Below, piece by piece: positions 40,265-53,095 of a stretch of DNA of 64,000 nt. Both the position numbers and the translations under genes were made by a program. This DNA is from Vicugna vicugna (lineage: Eukaryota): NCBI GenBank assembly GCA_013265495.1, contig MU058384.1, forward strand, positions 4,327,239 to 4,391,238, in the 5' to 3' direction. A model generated the notes under the pieces. The model did not search any database. It had not been told where the DNA came from and saw only the letters and a list, made by a program, of their open reading frames with translations. Positions within the stretch are counted from its first letter, which is position 1. Each line of letters opens with the position of its first letter.

Positions 40265-40430
40265 CACCTATTAGAGCTTAGGCATTGGATTAGACTGACC
40301 CAAGTTCAAATCCTGTTGCTGCATGCACTTACTTACTGTACTATCATGAGTCATTTATTTAGTTTGGCCAAACTTGCTCTCCCATCTGCAAAACAGAGTA
40401 ATATTATCTACATCATAGTCTCATTGCAAA
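40265..40430 (+). mobile_element. MIR SINE
   Basis: gttcaaatcctg...cacttact...cccatctgcaaaacagagtaatattatctacatcatag. Confidence 0.65.
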
Positions 40431-41119
40431 TTTAGTTTTTAATTTATTATGAATGAGAATGATACTGATTTAAATTACATTAGGTGAGATTACAATTCAA
40501 AAATATGAAGTAATAAATTGAACTCATCCATTATAATTTTATCTTGATACCCATATTATTTTTTAGAGTTAAAAATGAAGAAATAGTTCTAATTTTAAAA
40601 GTCAGAATATTTCACAAGTTAGTTGTTAATTTTATTTATAAAGAATTTTCTACATTAAATCTAAAATTTGCCTTTTAGTCAGGAAGAGCAAGATGGTTGT
40701 TGTAAAATACTGCATCTATCCTAGTAAATTAACATTTATAGTGAAAATACTTAATTTTCATTAGTTTAATTACATGTTCTGGAAAAATGTACAAGAAATT
40801 CTATTTCTCTCAAGTGGACTGTATTTTTTTCATTACTATCATCATAAAATCAGTTGTTCAAAATAACATGCAAAATTAATATTAAGTGTAATTAAAAAAA
40901 TCACACTTAAGTATTCAGCAAATATTTTCTTAAGGGGAAAGCTATATCTGGAATAAAAATAATATTCAAATATTAATAATAGTACCATGCTATACTCAAA
41001 AGAAGTGAAAAAAAACCCTTAAAGACAGTGAAAGTTTACACATTATTCAGTTAGCAGCATTTCTAGCTTTCTTAAACCAGTTAATGTTTTTCCTGCTTCA
41101 AATAAGCTTTCATATTCTT

Positions 41120-41556
41120 TTTTTTTTTTTTAATACAAATGGAAGATTTGTGGCCACCCTGCATCAAGCAAATCTATTGGTGCCATTTTCCCAATAGCAT
41201 TTGCTCATTTTGTGTCTCTGTCACATTTTGGTAATTCTCACAATATTTCACACCCTCCCTCAGCAAAAAGATTACCACTTACTGAAGGCTCAAATGATGG
41301 TTAGCATTTTTTAACAATAAGGTATTTTTATTTTTAACAATAAAGTACTTTAAAATTAAGGTATGCACATTGTTTTTTAGACATAATGCTATTGCACACT
41401 TAATAAATGACAGCAAAATGTTAATATAACTTTTATATGCATTCGGAAACCAAAAAATTCATGTGAGTTGCTTTATGGTGATATTCACTTTATGGCACTA
41501 TTCACTTCATGGCGGTGGTCTGGAACTGAACCCACAGTATCTCTGAGGTATGCCTG
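41120..41556 (+). mobile_element. Tigger1 internal-deletion derivative (Tigger1a-like), 5' TIR lost
   Basis: caccctgcatcaagcaaatctattggtgccatttt joined to cagcaaaaagattaccacttactgaaggctca...; right TIR atctctgaggtatgcctg. Confidence 0.88.
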
Positions 41557-41789
41557 TTTTAGTCTCTCAGCAGGCCTGCAGCATCTAGTCTTTTCAGGTC
41601 AAGTATCTTGATATTTTTGGGTGGGAGGAAACATTAGCAAACAAATAAAACCTAAGACAAATCTTTGCTGCTTGGAGGTTTTCCCCAGTATCAGCTGAGG
41701 CAATAACTGCTTTCTGCAAGTAGATGATGTTAAATGTTATCAGCAAATAATTAATAGGCTGTGATTCTTTGATTATTTCCTTCCTACCC

Positions 41790-42130
41790 TTATAGCTTTT
41801 TTTTAAGCAGAAAGGAAATTAATAAAGGGAATCAGGTGCTTATAAAATCATTGGAGGAGCAGGCTATAGGCTGAGTCTCCAGGAATGACGCAGACCAAAA
41901 TGCAAAACTGACTCATGAGGGGAGCTGCTGGTAGGCCACAACTGGGAGAGTAGAGAAACAGGAGGCATCATCCATTAACATTGGAATGATTGATCCAAGG
42001 ACACATCACCATGGCAGTGATCCAGTGATTAGAACGCTATGGGCACCGTTGCCTCTTGACACTCACACAGCTGGTGACTAGATGTCGGATGCTACTGCAG
42101 ATGCAGAAAACCCCAACATCTCCATGACCA
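41790..42130 (-). mobile_element. Old MLT1 (M/N-like) LTR remnant
   Basis: ttaagcagaaaggaaattaataaagggaatcaggtgctta...aggctgag...ccaggaa resembles a reversed old MLT1 3' end. Confidence 0.4.
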
Positions 42131-42959
42131 TACTTGATAGATCATTCAAACAAAACAAAAAGAGCCTCTGACATATGATTAGACCTATCTTAGGAAAAAG
42201 AAAAAGAAAAGGAAAAAAACCCTGAGTTTTCTGAGCTGACGAAGTGCTAACCATGGTCACTGATGGAAAGAGAAGCCCATCTCATGTGCAGCAGAAACAA
42301 CAGTGACCACTGGAGAAGGCAAGTCCTCAGCACAGGCTGCCTTCATTCCACCCTCACCCCATCTTTAAGTGCTTGGATTCTGCAAGTTTGCCACTCAATA
42401 TAAGTATTTCTCTAGTGAGGTTTTTAGTAAACAAGGCAATTGTCTGTATGCTGATGCATCTATTTTATTTGATCAGTTTTATTTGAGCACGATGACTAAT
42501 GCATAATGGCACTCCCAATGTTAATTAAATAGATGAATAAATAATTCTTTACTGCAATTCTGTAGGATATACTTGAGATTTAGGATTACCTGGGGTAGCA
42601 TGAGAAGAGAGTTTTTTCCTGTATACTTAAGCATACACACTGGTAAGTGCTGCCATTAGATGCATCCACGTGATGTGAGCTGCAGTGGGGTCATGAAAGG
42701 GGAAACCTGACATTGAGAAGACATCTCAAAACATCTGGGTCACTTCCCATCTCACATTTTCCCCCAACCAAGAACTGAAGGGTATTAATTAAATCCTGGA
42801 AGATCAGCCTGGAGAGACAATGGTTTAGGTCTGTAGATCATAAAAAGGTAGGTTCTATTAAAAGACTGAACTCCCTTAATGCCTAACAGGGCCTAGAAGC
42901 TTGGAACTCCATTTATATCTATCAAATGAGTGAGTGAGTGAATGAATGAATGAATTAAT

Positions 42960-43330
42960 TAATACTTAAGAAGATACCATTATCAAGTGCCTACTCTATG
43001 CAGATACTGTATTGTGAGTGGGGACAAAAAAAAAATCAAATGAGATTTGGGCTAGAGCTTGTCCTCAAGAAGTTTATAGCCTGGCCTGAAGTCAAAACAT
43101 AGAAGGCTATGGGCACCCTAAATAGTGGGCACTCAGCCAGCACTGTCCGGGGCTACCAGAAGGCTTCCAAAAAGAAACACCACATGGCTGTCTGGAAGAT
43201 AGGAAGAAATTGGCTGGCAAAAGAGAGGCCTCCATCCCTCCAGACAGAGACAGCTGCCTGTTCAAAGGCCAGAAACCCTTCAGTAGCCTCCCAGGATGGG
43301 AGCAAAGTTGTGGTAGGTCAAGGTAGAAGG
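42960..43330 (-). mobile_element. L2 fragment, tail to tail with an L2 (TGAA)n end at about 42880-42955
   Basis: ttatcaagtgcctactctatgcagatactgt...tgtcctcaagaagtttatagcct; the preceding tail is tgagtgaatgaatgaatgaat. Confidence 0.6.
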
Positions 43331-45204
43331 CTTAATCAAAGTGGCAGTCACAGGTCAGTGGAAGCAAAGTGGGGGCTAACAGTGATTTAAAATATATGTA
43401 TTTGTGGGCTGGGATGGCAAGGCTGGGTTGGCTTTTGAGAGCTGAGAGGCTCAATGAATTCTTTTAGCATCCTGACAAACTATTACAATACAGTGGTACC
43501 AGATATCTCTCACCAACAGTATTGGCAACAATCTTTTTTATACATTTCTGCCTCAAAAAAGGTACCAGGCCTGAGGTGTTCCTTATTTCTTTTCCTTGGA
43601 TCATTATGCAGAATGGCTAGGGCCAAAAGAACAACCCCTAACCACCCAGCTGAAACATCCTGTGAGGCCGACTTCTGCTGCTGTTGAAGACATTAGCACC
43701 TAGTGTCCAGCCCATTATCATTTCTCCGGCTTCCGGAGGGTGCATTTTCAGAGTCTCCAACTTGACAGAGTCCCTTCGACCCTGTGGGTGGCATAGCCAG
43801 GACTTCATCTCTAAATACTGTGGCAGCCCTGGGCACTCTGGTGCCAGAGGACAGCCGATTTGGACCTGGGGCTGATTTCAGCTCAAGCTCATGTTTTCCT
43901 TTCTAAGTTTTTCCAGTGAAAGAGCAGATTTCCATCCCATTGCAGGCTGTTAAAACGTCAGACTAATAAGTTTTCAACAATCTGTCAGTGGAGATCTCCA
44001 GCAACAACCTGGCACTGTCTTTGAATCGGGGCCTCAGTGTCCAACCTAAACTCAGCCAGTCAAAATAAGAGACACACCAGCAAAAGGAAAAAAAAAAAAA
44101 GATAATCACCTCGAGCTGAGCAGAAATTCTTCACAAACCCATTGTTGCCAGCCGTCAACAGCAAATCTGCGGGCTGCCTAACCTGAGGTGACCCGTCAGG
44201 AAGGGCCATCCTTCATAGACCTCTAATTAGCTATGGTTAGGAGTGACTTGAAAGATATTAATGCTATTGCTATTGGAAAATGAGCCTACCAGCTTTTAAC
44301 AGCTTTGTTTTCTTCTTCAGTCAAATGTTAGCTCAGTGTGTATGCTTTCTATTAGAGAAGTGCCAGCAGCGGCGATCTCCGGAGAGTCTCTCAGCTTTTA
44401 TTACACATCCCTATTTTTAAATGTTTAAAAACTACTTATTATGAACCAAAACTTGGAAAACCTGGTTTCAGCTCAAGAGTAATTTTGTTTTTTTTTTTGA
44501 AGTTATTAAACAAACATCCAGAATGCTGGACTGTGTTTTCTGTCATTTCGGCCCTGGACAGTAGAGGGCAGTAGAAAGGGTGTATCGCTAAGGTCCAGTT
44601 GGACCCTCTCAGGGAGATCCTGGGGTCAGGTGGCTTGAAGGTCAGAGTCACTCTGTTAGGTGATTTTCCCCACTCCAGCTAGCTCATGCAGACTTTCTCC
44701 AGGCACAACTTTTAGTCCTGAATTCCATTGCACATATCCAAACGCATATCGAAAACCACATTTTTCATCATGCAAAACAATGACTAGAGCTTCTGGGCAA
44801 GCCCAGAAACTCACAGAATCTACTTGTGAGGATTATAACCGGGGTATCTCTCTGATGCAGTCATTACAGGAACTGAGTGGGGACCATGGTCCAAGGCACT
44901 TTGGGAATGGTTCTGGTATGGGCTCTGAGAATTCCCCTCCATCAGGCACAAATAACTATGCCACAACTATTGATAAACAGAGCAAAAATTAGGTCAGGAT
45001 TTTGTAATATAATTTCATTTTTCATCCTCTCAGAGCCCCACGTGTTGATAACTAGCTAGCTTTCAGTGAGAAAGACAGACACTTCTGGGAAAGGAAACAG
45101 CTAAAGCCATAAACACTTCACTATACATAGTGAGCTTTGAAATGTTAAATCTTTAGACACTTTGAGTCAGAGAAAATGGAAAGCAGTACAGAAAGAGAAC
45201 AGAT

Positions 45205-45390
45205 TGGTTCATATAGTGGAAAAAACTTAAGAGTATCGAGATTCAAATCCCAACTCTATCCCTCACTAGCTGTGTGATCTGGGGCATATCTTATCTTTTT
45301 GAATCTCCTCGTAGAGCAGAGAGAGTAACAATGCTCACTCTTCTATTGAAATAATGTAATGCATGTGAAAACATCTTGTGTACTCTGAAA
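45205..45390 (+). mobile_element. MIR SINE
   Basis: ttcaaatcccaactctatccctcactagctgtgtgatctggggca...aatgcatgtgaaa. Confidence 0.7.
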
Positions 45391-45789
45391 CCCATGATGG
45401 GGACTGGTGTGTACGTTGTTTTGCGGCAGGAAGGAGGTGGAAGTAGGAGAGAGCCATTTGGTGGAACTGTGTACAAGACAGAGAACACAGTTCCACTGTT
45501 AAGTCATAGGACTTTATGAGGGGAAAATTATTGCTCTTCCCATAATGGAGAGCACCGGTCCCTCAGAGGGTAACCTGTAAAACCAAAGATCCAGAGCACA
45601 GAGGTCTGCGGGGTAGGATCACGGCAGTAAGCCTGGACTGGGGAGAGTAGCAGCCTTTGAGGAAGTATTTGAGAAAAAGAGAGGAAGCAAAGTCTAGTGT
45701 AAGGTGCAGACCTGAAAGGATTCAGGAAAAGAAAGAAGCACTGTGTGAGGATATGCAGTTTGGACAGGGCAGCTCCAGTACCAGAAATT

Positions 45790-46150
45790 AACAGTGTTAA
45801 TCTAGGAGGGGATCTTGGAGATCACTGTGGCCAACCAAGTCACTTTACAGATGTAACAAACAAACAAGTCCCTATGGAGTCAGGTGACTTTCCATTCCAA
45901 GGTCTAACGACGACCAGAGTACGGGCTCTTGACTTCCAAGTCAAGACTCCAATATTTACTAGATGACCCACCTTGGGCAAGTCACTCAATAATTCTTTGC
46001 CTCAATTTCCCCGTATGTTAGATGAAGATAACACTACTGCCTACACTGTGGGTTCATCATGAAGATCAAATGAGGATTAATATACATAAAGCACCTAGAA
46101 TAGTGCTTGGTAATATACATAGCGCATCTGGAATAGTGTTTGGTAGACTA
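45790..46150. mobile_element. Two adjacent MIRs in opposite orientation
   Basis: Minus copy: cactttacagatg...ggtgactt...ccaaggtc. Plus copy: ccttgggcaagtcactcaa...gcctcaatttccccgtatgt...aaagcacctagaatagtgcttgg. Confidence 0.7.
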
Positions 46151-49100
46151 AATTATTACTTTTTAAGAGTATAAAATTACTTAGAAGCAGAAAATCCATG
46201 AAAACCATGGCCTTTTCAACTGTCATCCAGTGTTACTCATGTTACCTCCTTATTTTGGACATTAAGCCATTGCCCAGGGCAGCCTCAAGTCCTCTGCAGC
46301 ATGTATAAAAGGGACAGGAGCCAGCAACACCTGTCAGATGGGAGTGCCCAGCAAATATTTGTTTAATGAATGAATGGGAAATCAGAGGCAAAAGAGCAGA
46401 TTGAAAACTGGACCAATCCTTTCTAGAAAACTCTCTCCAGGTCCTGCAAGGGAAGAGCTTGAAGGTCTAAAGTCAAGTTTCATTTTTTATTGAATATTTC
46501 ATTCAAAATAACCATTTAGCAAACCTTCACTGGGGGCTTTCCAATTCAATAAAGATGTTGACCTATCTGTAATTAGCTGCTTATGCTGAATTTATTTTTT
46601 AAATTCAGCAGAGCCTATCTCTATTTTGATTACATTATTTTCAAATAAATCTTGTGTATCTAAAGTCCTAATTAAAGAGGATTAACCATAATTTTTGTGT
46701 GGTGGAGATGTTGACTGCAGGAGGTTCCTATAGACCATTTGGTTACTGGACTGATGCACCATTATCCTTGGCATCAAGGAAGGGGGAAGAACCCAAACGG
46801 GTTTGGGAAAGTGGAGGTTTCTCATAGGTGACAAAGTACACTAGCCATATTGTGATGGGTGAGGAAAAACTTCTGGATAATGTATTCTGATTGGATAGGG
46901 GAGACAGGAATTGATATTAAACAAGTCCTCAATGGGGGAGGTAGGGGCGAGGAGCAGAGCAGTTGAAGGCACTAGACAAACTGGAATGATGTCTGTTCTA
47001 GGTACCATAAACTGTAGGTGCAAAAGCCTAAAGGTGGTTGAGGAAATGAAGAAGTTAAGAATGTCCAGAAGGGGATGAGGTTCAGATAATCAGGAGAACT
47101 GGGGAGTGGAGACACACGAGGCTGGGGAAGTTGGCAGGGACCAGATAGTGCACGGCTCTGTGGGACTCCATTTAGTGACTGGCCACAAGCCTGGATTCTG
47201 CAGGCCCTGGATCTGAATGAAGTCACTGCAGGTCACAAGCCATCTGTCCAACGCAGTAGAGAAATCCCCAAAGTGTCAGCTTTTTAACAGGAATACTGTT
47301 TGCTGACCGATGTACAGCAGCCATGTTTGCTGACTGACACTGCCCTTCCCAGCTCTTGGCAGTATCCTTAGGTGGGAAGAGGGTTCTGCTATGTGAGGGA
47401 AGCACCATCTTATGACTGAGTGTTTAATGACATTATTTCTTTTATCCCTAATACTACGCATACTTCCGGCATCAGCGAAGCGAGGGAACACCTCAGAACT
47501 ACTCACCCATTCCCTCTCTCCAGTATTACCTCACACAGGGTGTTCACGATCGGATGGATTTTTCTGGATCTAGGGTAACCCATATGGCCTTTATGAAGGT
47601 AAATCATGGGAATGAGACTGCGACGTGTTATATTCCAAGTCTGGCACGAGTATATTGTGGAGACTAGGGCCTTTCAACTCCTGCGTAGGGTGGAATGATT
47701 AGCAGTCAAGTCCCCGGATGCCAGGAGATGGAGGAACTGGGCTTCTGGAACAAAACTCCTTCTCTAACACTTGAAAATGTTCTCTTCAGAAACTACTGGG
47801 AAAGCAGGCTGTACTTCAAGAAAGTCATTCCTTTATTCAACTGTCACCTTCAGAGTGAAATTTGAACCAGAACAGGACTCCACGTTCCTGCCCTTGAGGC
47901 CGACATAATGTGTAGCAATGCCCCACTCTGTCCTCCCGCTGCCCCTGGAAGGCCGACACTGAGCGCTTGGAACAACTGCCTTTCTGTCTGACCTGTGTGC
48001 TGCCAACAATATGTACTCACAATGGCTCCACTCCAGCCATCTGGTTGACACGTCCAAGCTTCAGACATTGTTTTTCTTGATTTACACTGCAATTTCCAAG
48101 CTACTTTATATGACCCTATAGACAGCAAAAGCTTAATAGATAATATCAGCAGTCTCTCCAAATCCTTGTACAGACGTCACGATTCAGAGATTCGTGGGAC
48201 CCCATCCAGCCTGTAACTGAATGAATATTTACTCAGGACAAAGGAGTATTTATAATGTGCTCCCTGCAGCTCAGTGCAGTAATGCTCCTGTACATAAACC
48301 AACAATTAAATGTAATCCTATACACTTATAGTTTTAAAAGAAATTCAAACCAGTCCTTGGAATTAAATAACCCCAGTGCTAGAGAAAATGACTTCCAGAA
48401 CATCAGGCCTAACATGCAAACACAGGGCCTCTGAGCCACAAAGGAACAAACACTTTTCCGCAGGGATAAGGGCCTGTTGTATAACTACTTGTGAGGTCAA
48501 AGAGCCAGATGTTCCCGTAGACAATCAAAAAACTATTACTGGTCAAATTGTATTGACCATCTCTCCATATGGAGAGCTCTGAGACATGGACCTGGCCTCG
48601 GAAAGGAGACTTCTGGAAATTCTACTGGCAATCGATGGCAACCCCAGGCTAGAGCTGGAAAACTTGGAGAAATAACTGACAGGTTTTATAAGCTGCAAGT
48701 GAAAATGAAAATCCATGAAAATAAGTGTTTATTTTGCTAACAGTTATATTCTGCCTTGGTATCACTCACTAAATCCCACAACATACTTTGAAAAGAACAA
48801 TATTAAAAAAAGGCACCTCCTCTTGGATGTATCTCATTTCATGAAGGTAGACTCTTCCTGTTTAGTTCACTGCTTTTCCCCAGCACCTAGATCAATGTCT
48901 GTCACGTTTTGGGCTCTCAATAAATATTGCTTGAAAAAAGAATGTATGAATGAGTTGGGACAAAAATATACCCAATCCATTCATTACTAAGTGGCAGTCA
49001 AGTTAAAGCTCTGCGAGACGGTATAAATTCAAAGTAAAAGAGAAGAATAAATGAGTAAAGTTATACTTAAAATTTAAATAAGCTCAGATTGCAAGTTTTG

Positions 49101-50196
49101 ATGCCATTACTCCATTAAGAAGGCATCTGGGGTTGGGTAATCAATCTATTACGAATTCGTTTAAGTGGATTTTCCAAAGGCAAAGGTTTCTCCAAGTATT
49201 GTATTTTTGAAAGATAATATTCCCTGGAAAGCAAGAATCATAAATACATCTTTTTTGTTTTTTATTCCCAACCAGCAACTGTTTCCACTGACAGATATGA
49301 CTAAAATTAAACAATGGTACAAATTTTATTTTAAATCTTGTCAGAGTCCATATCAGGACAATAGAGGTAACACCTGTATTCTGTGTTGTTAGCATATGAT
49401 TAATGGTTAAACCAGTGAAGTATTTCAAGTGTCTGAGAAGAAAAACTGTATAAAAGTCACTTAGGGATTACTTGGGGTAGGAGGGGCTGTTGTTGGTTTC
49501 TGATTCTCATTCTAATCACCTTATTGCCTCAAGATTCTCTGCAGCCTTCTTACAAGTACAGATGATCACTGATTTGAGATTTAATTCTTACTGGTGTCAG
49601 TGAACTCGAGGAATCCTGAACTCAAGCTTCATTAGCTTCCCAGTAAATCTGCCTGTGAAACTGACACTGCAATTTGACATATTCATCAACTAACAATGCT
49701 CATTAATTAACTAATTCTCAACAAATTAGCAGATTTCTGCTTATGTTGAAATCTTTTCAACCTAATGACATAAAACTGTTTTCTCCGTGTAATTTTAGCA
49801 AAGTAAGAAAGGAACTGAAACAATAACAACAAATAACCTTAGAAATAAAAGTAATGCATAGAGAACCATTGTATTAATTTACCAGCCTTGAAAAGACTGG
49901 GCTATTTAAGGCTAGGGGTGTGTCGCCGCTTTGAATCCTGATACCTACTAGAATGTCTGGCATAAAGCAAGTACCCAGTAAGTGCTCTTTAATTTCTGGT
50001 AGAATGAATAAAATAACACATACCAAGGAATGTAATCATCAGTTGAACAAATTCTACTAAACTCAAACATGTCAACAGGCGTTTCTGGGTATCACCAGTA
50101 AGTATGAAATGTGTGTATGTATACACATATACACACAGATTCATATATATCGTATCCATACACACACGATGTATATCACATAACTCTGCTTTCCAG

Positions 50197-50440
50197 TGCA
50201 TTGTAGTTTAGTGGTTAAGAGTCCCGGCTCTTGCCTGGAGTCTCATGACAGTAAGTTTGAATCCCAGCTTCACCATTTCCTAGTACTTTGATTTTGGAAA
50301 TTGGCTTATTCTGTCTCTCTGTGCCTTTGTTACCTTACCTACAAAACTGAGACAAGACAGACTTGTTAGGCGATTAAATGAAGTAACACACACAAGGTTC
50401 TTAGGGCGGAGCCCAGGACACAGGAAGTGGACAACATATA
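50197..50440 (+). mobile_element. MIR SINE, near full length
   Basis: tagtggttaagagt...tttgaatcccagcttcaccatttcctag...ctctctgtgcct...gattaaatga. Confidence 0.8.
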
Positions 50441-52339
50441 CCATTTATACTCTGACACTCTGGCCTTCAGCAGGTCAAATAAACAGAGAAGGAAAAGCCT
50501 TCCTTTTCACTCTGGATATTGTGAAATTCACCTTGCCTTCCAATCAAAGTGAATCTTTGTTAATCTTGCAAGTTTGTACCTGCAAATCTTTGAGGAAGTG
50601 TAAGGAAGTGGCACCAGGGAGCTTGGGTTTTGGAATCCAGCAGCTCATGGGTGGTGTCTGCCAGCCATGTGACCTCAAGAAACACTCAGAACTTGCTTCA
50701 TCCTCTCTAAGTTAATACAGTAAAACCTCTCTATCTCACAGGGTTGTCCTGAGGATTAGATGTTATCAGTAAAGTTCTTGGCTCAACAGTATTATGATAT
50801 GTATTTGTTTTTGCAACTTCAGTATCTATCTTCCCTTCTACATATGTTCAAATATCCCTATTATTCAAATAAAATGGTGATCCTTTATGAAGGTTACCTG
50901 ATCTTTTGGAGCCTAAGTTAAGCTTTTTTCTTTCTTGAATTTCCTGTAATTCTTGTAACCAACTTCCACTTTCTACTTGGCATTTTCATTACTTTGTCTA
51001 TTAGACCATCTGGATTAAGGCTTGATTCCAGATCTACTTTATTTATTTATCCCATTTATTTCCCATTCAGCCTCTAGCATAGTATGTATATATTGGTGTG
51101 TGTGTTTATGTGTATAGTAATGAAAATAATTTTTACAAGCCTCTGTTTTTAAAAGCCTGTTACTACTCTGACTTACTCTACAAAGATTTTGAGGTAGACG
51201 TATGTCTCTGTGCACATATGTGCATGTTTATACACATTTCATTTTTACCATACACACACCTACATATAATATTAAACCAATGTTAATGTCTGGAATTAAA
51301 AACCTCAAAATGTTCCAAAAATATTACATAGTACACACTGCTAAACTCATTGTTGAATTATGGTCTTCATGTTGAAATCTCTTATTTATTTTGAAGTGAT
51401 TAAGAGAGGACACATTCTCTTCTAACATTTTCTGTAATATATTTTGTTATTAGTCCAAGAAAAAATTTTGATCATTGTTACTCATTTATTACCAGTGAAA
51501 ATACTAAACTTTTGGAATCAAGGAAGTAATATTCAGTTGCCTTCTTGGCCTGCTACCATTCATACCTTTCACTTCTATCATTGCCAACATTCTTTTAGAG
51601 CCCTTTGTTACTGAAACATTTCTTCATCTAAACCCCAAGAGTAACTCTTTTGTTGTTTTCAAAACAAATGAGCCTGATGTTGAATAACACTCTCAATGTC
51701 ATCTCTACAAATACGTCATCAGTACTTCATATGCTATCACCCACATCAGATAAAGAGTATTCTTTTAAAGAGAGCACTTAGTTGAAATTGATGAAAAAAG
51801 GAGTAAAATTAAAAAATTTGTTAAAAATAAAATTCTAAAAATCAAGATCTGATTTTGAGTATCTTTAACTGTTCATTGAGCATATGTGTTAGTTATGTGA
51901 AGTAATTACTAGTCTTTATTTTATTTTCAAATTTTAGAACTTTATGTAGCTTTTACCCTCTCAAAAGGAAAATCAACATCTTTTCTGAACTTTAATATGC
52001 AAAACCTTTAATGTAAGACAAATTTAAAGGAAGATAAAATATCAGCCAACCTATTAACAACTGATGTTTCAAATAAGTGGTTAAATGAGTTGGCAAGAAT
52101 GATTCCTCATAAGGAAACTATTTTGATGGTCAGAATAATAAAGCCAAAGAGCTCTGGCAAATGATACTTTAAAAGAATGAAATATAACACAGACTTTCAA
52201 TTACAAATATAACTCCAAGTAGCCCAGAAATCCTATGGTGGATAATAAAGTAAATGTATATTAAAGTCCTGGTCGTGCAAGCACCACTAAAATATCTGGC
52301 AACTGAGTATCTTGAAAATAACTTTATACCACTTTTGAT

Positions 52340-53095
52340 TTCTCCCTTATTTTGTAGCTCAGTTGCCCAAGCCAGAATCCTAGGTGTCTTACTTGAGTTC
52401 TCCCTTTCTCTCACTGCCTCCCACACTACCTCCCTCAGCCTCAAAACAATTTAATGAATTTTCAAGTCCTTTTGCTTCTACTTCTCAAATCCATCTACCT
52501 TCCCCTGTCCCGCTGCCAGCAGCTCAGTTCCCACAGCACTCTCGTCCTGTGCTTAGATTTTGCACAGCTGCCTAATAAATCTTTTCTGAGTGTCGCCTCC
52601 CTCCATTCTAATGGTCACACAGCAGCTAGAATGGTCTAAGAGTCTGAGTCCATCACTTCTCTGCTTAAAAGTTTTCCATGGCCACTTTTTCCATCATAAT
52701 AACCTAGAATACTTGGTCTGGCACACAAGGCCCTTTGTCCACTGGCTCTTGCTCCCCAGCTGTACACTTGCTCTAGGCTTACTGAGTTACCTACCTTTCC
52801 TGGAGGCCCTTGCACCTTCACCAAGGAGCACCTCCTTATCTGTCTGTCCTTCAGGTTACAGCTTTGACATAACCTGCTCCTCCTGGAGCCCCTCTTCAAT
52901 GTTAAGGCTCTGCCAAGTGCCTCTTCCTAGCGCTCTCTGGTAGTGCCTAGGATAGACATCTATGGACACATTAATCACACTGATGTGATTTCCTAGAGTA
53001 AAAGTAAGATAAGGCTCTAACTTTTTTCCAGTTATTTTCCTGGTGTCTTATACAGTGTCTTCTACTTAAATGTTTGTTGAATCAAAGAAGGAAGG
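52340..53095 (+). mobile_element. L2 LINE 3' fragment
   Basis: cagttgcccaagccagaatcctagg...cacttctctgcttaaaa...acaaggccctt...aaatgtttgttgaat. Confidence 0.75.

Noticed and set aside
40135..40270. Perfect minus-strand donor CAG|GTAAGC
   Set aside because: No convincing acceptor upstream; isolated donors are expected by chance.
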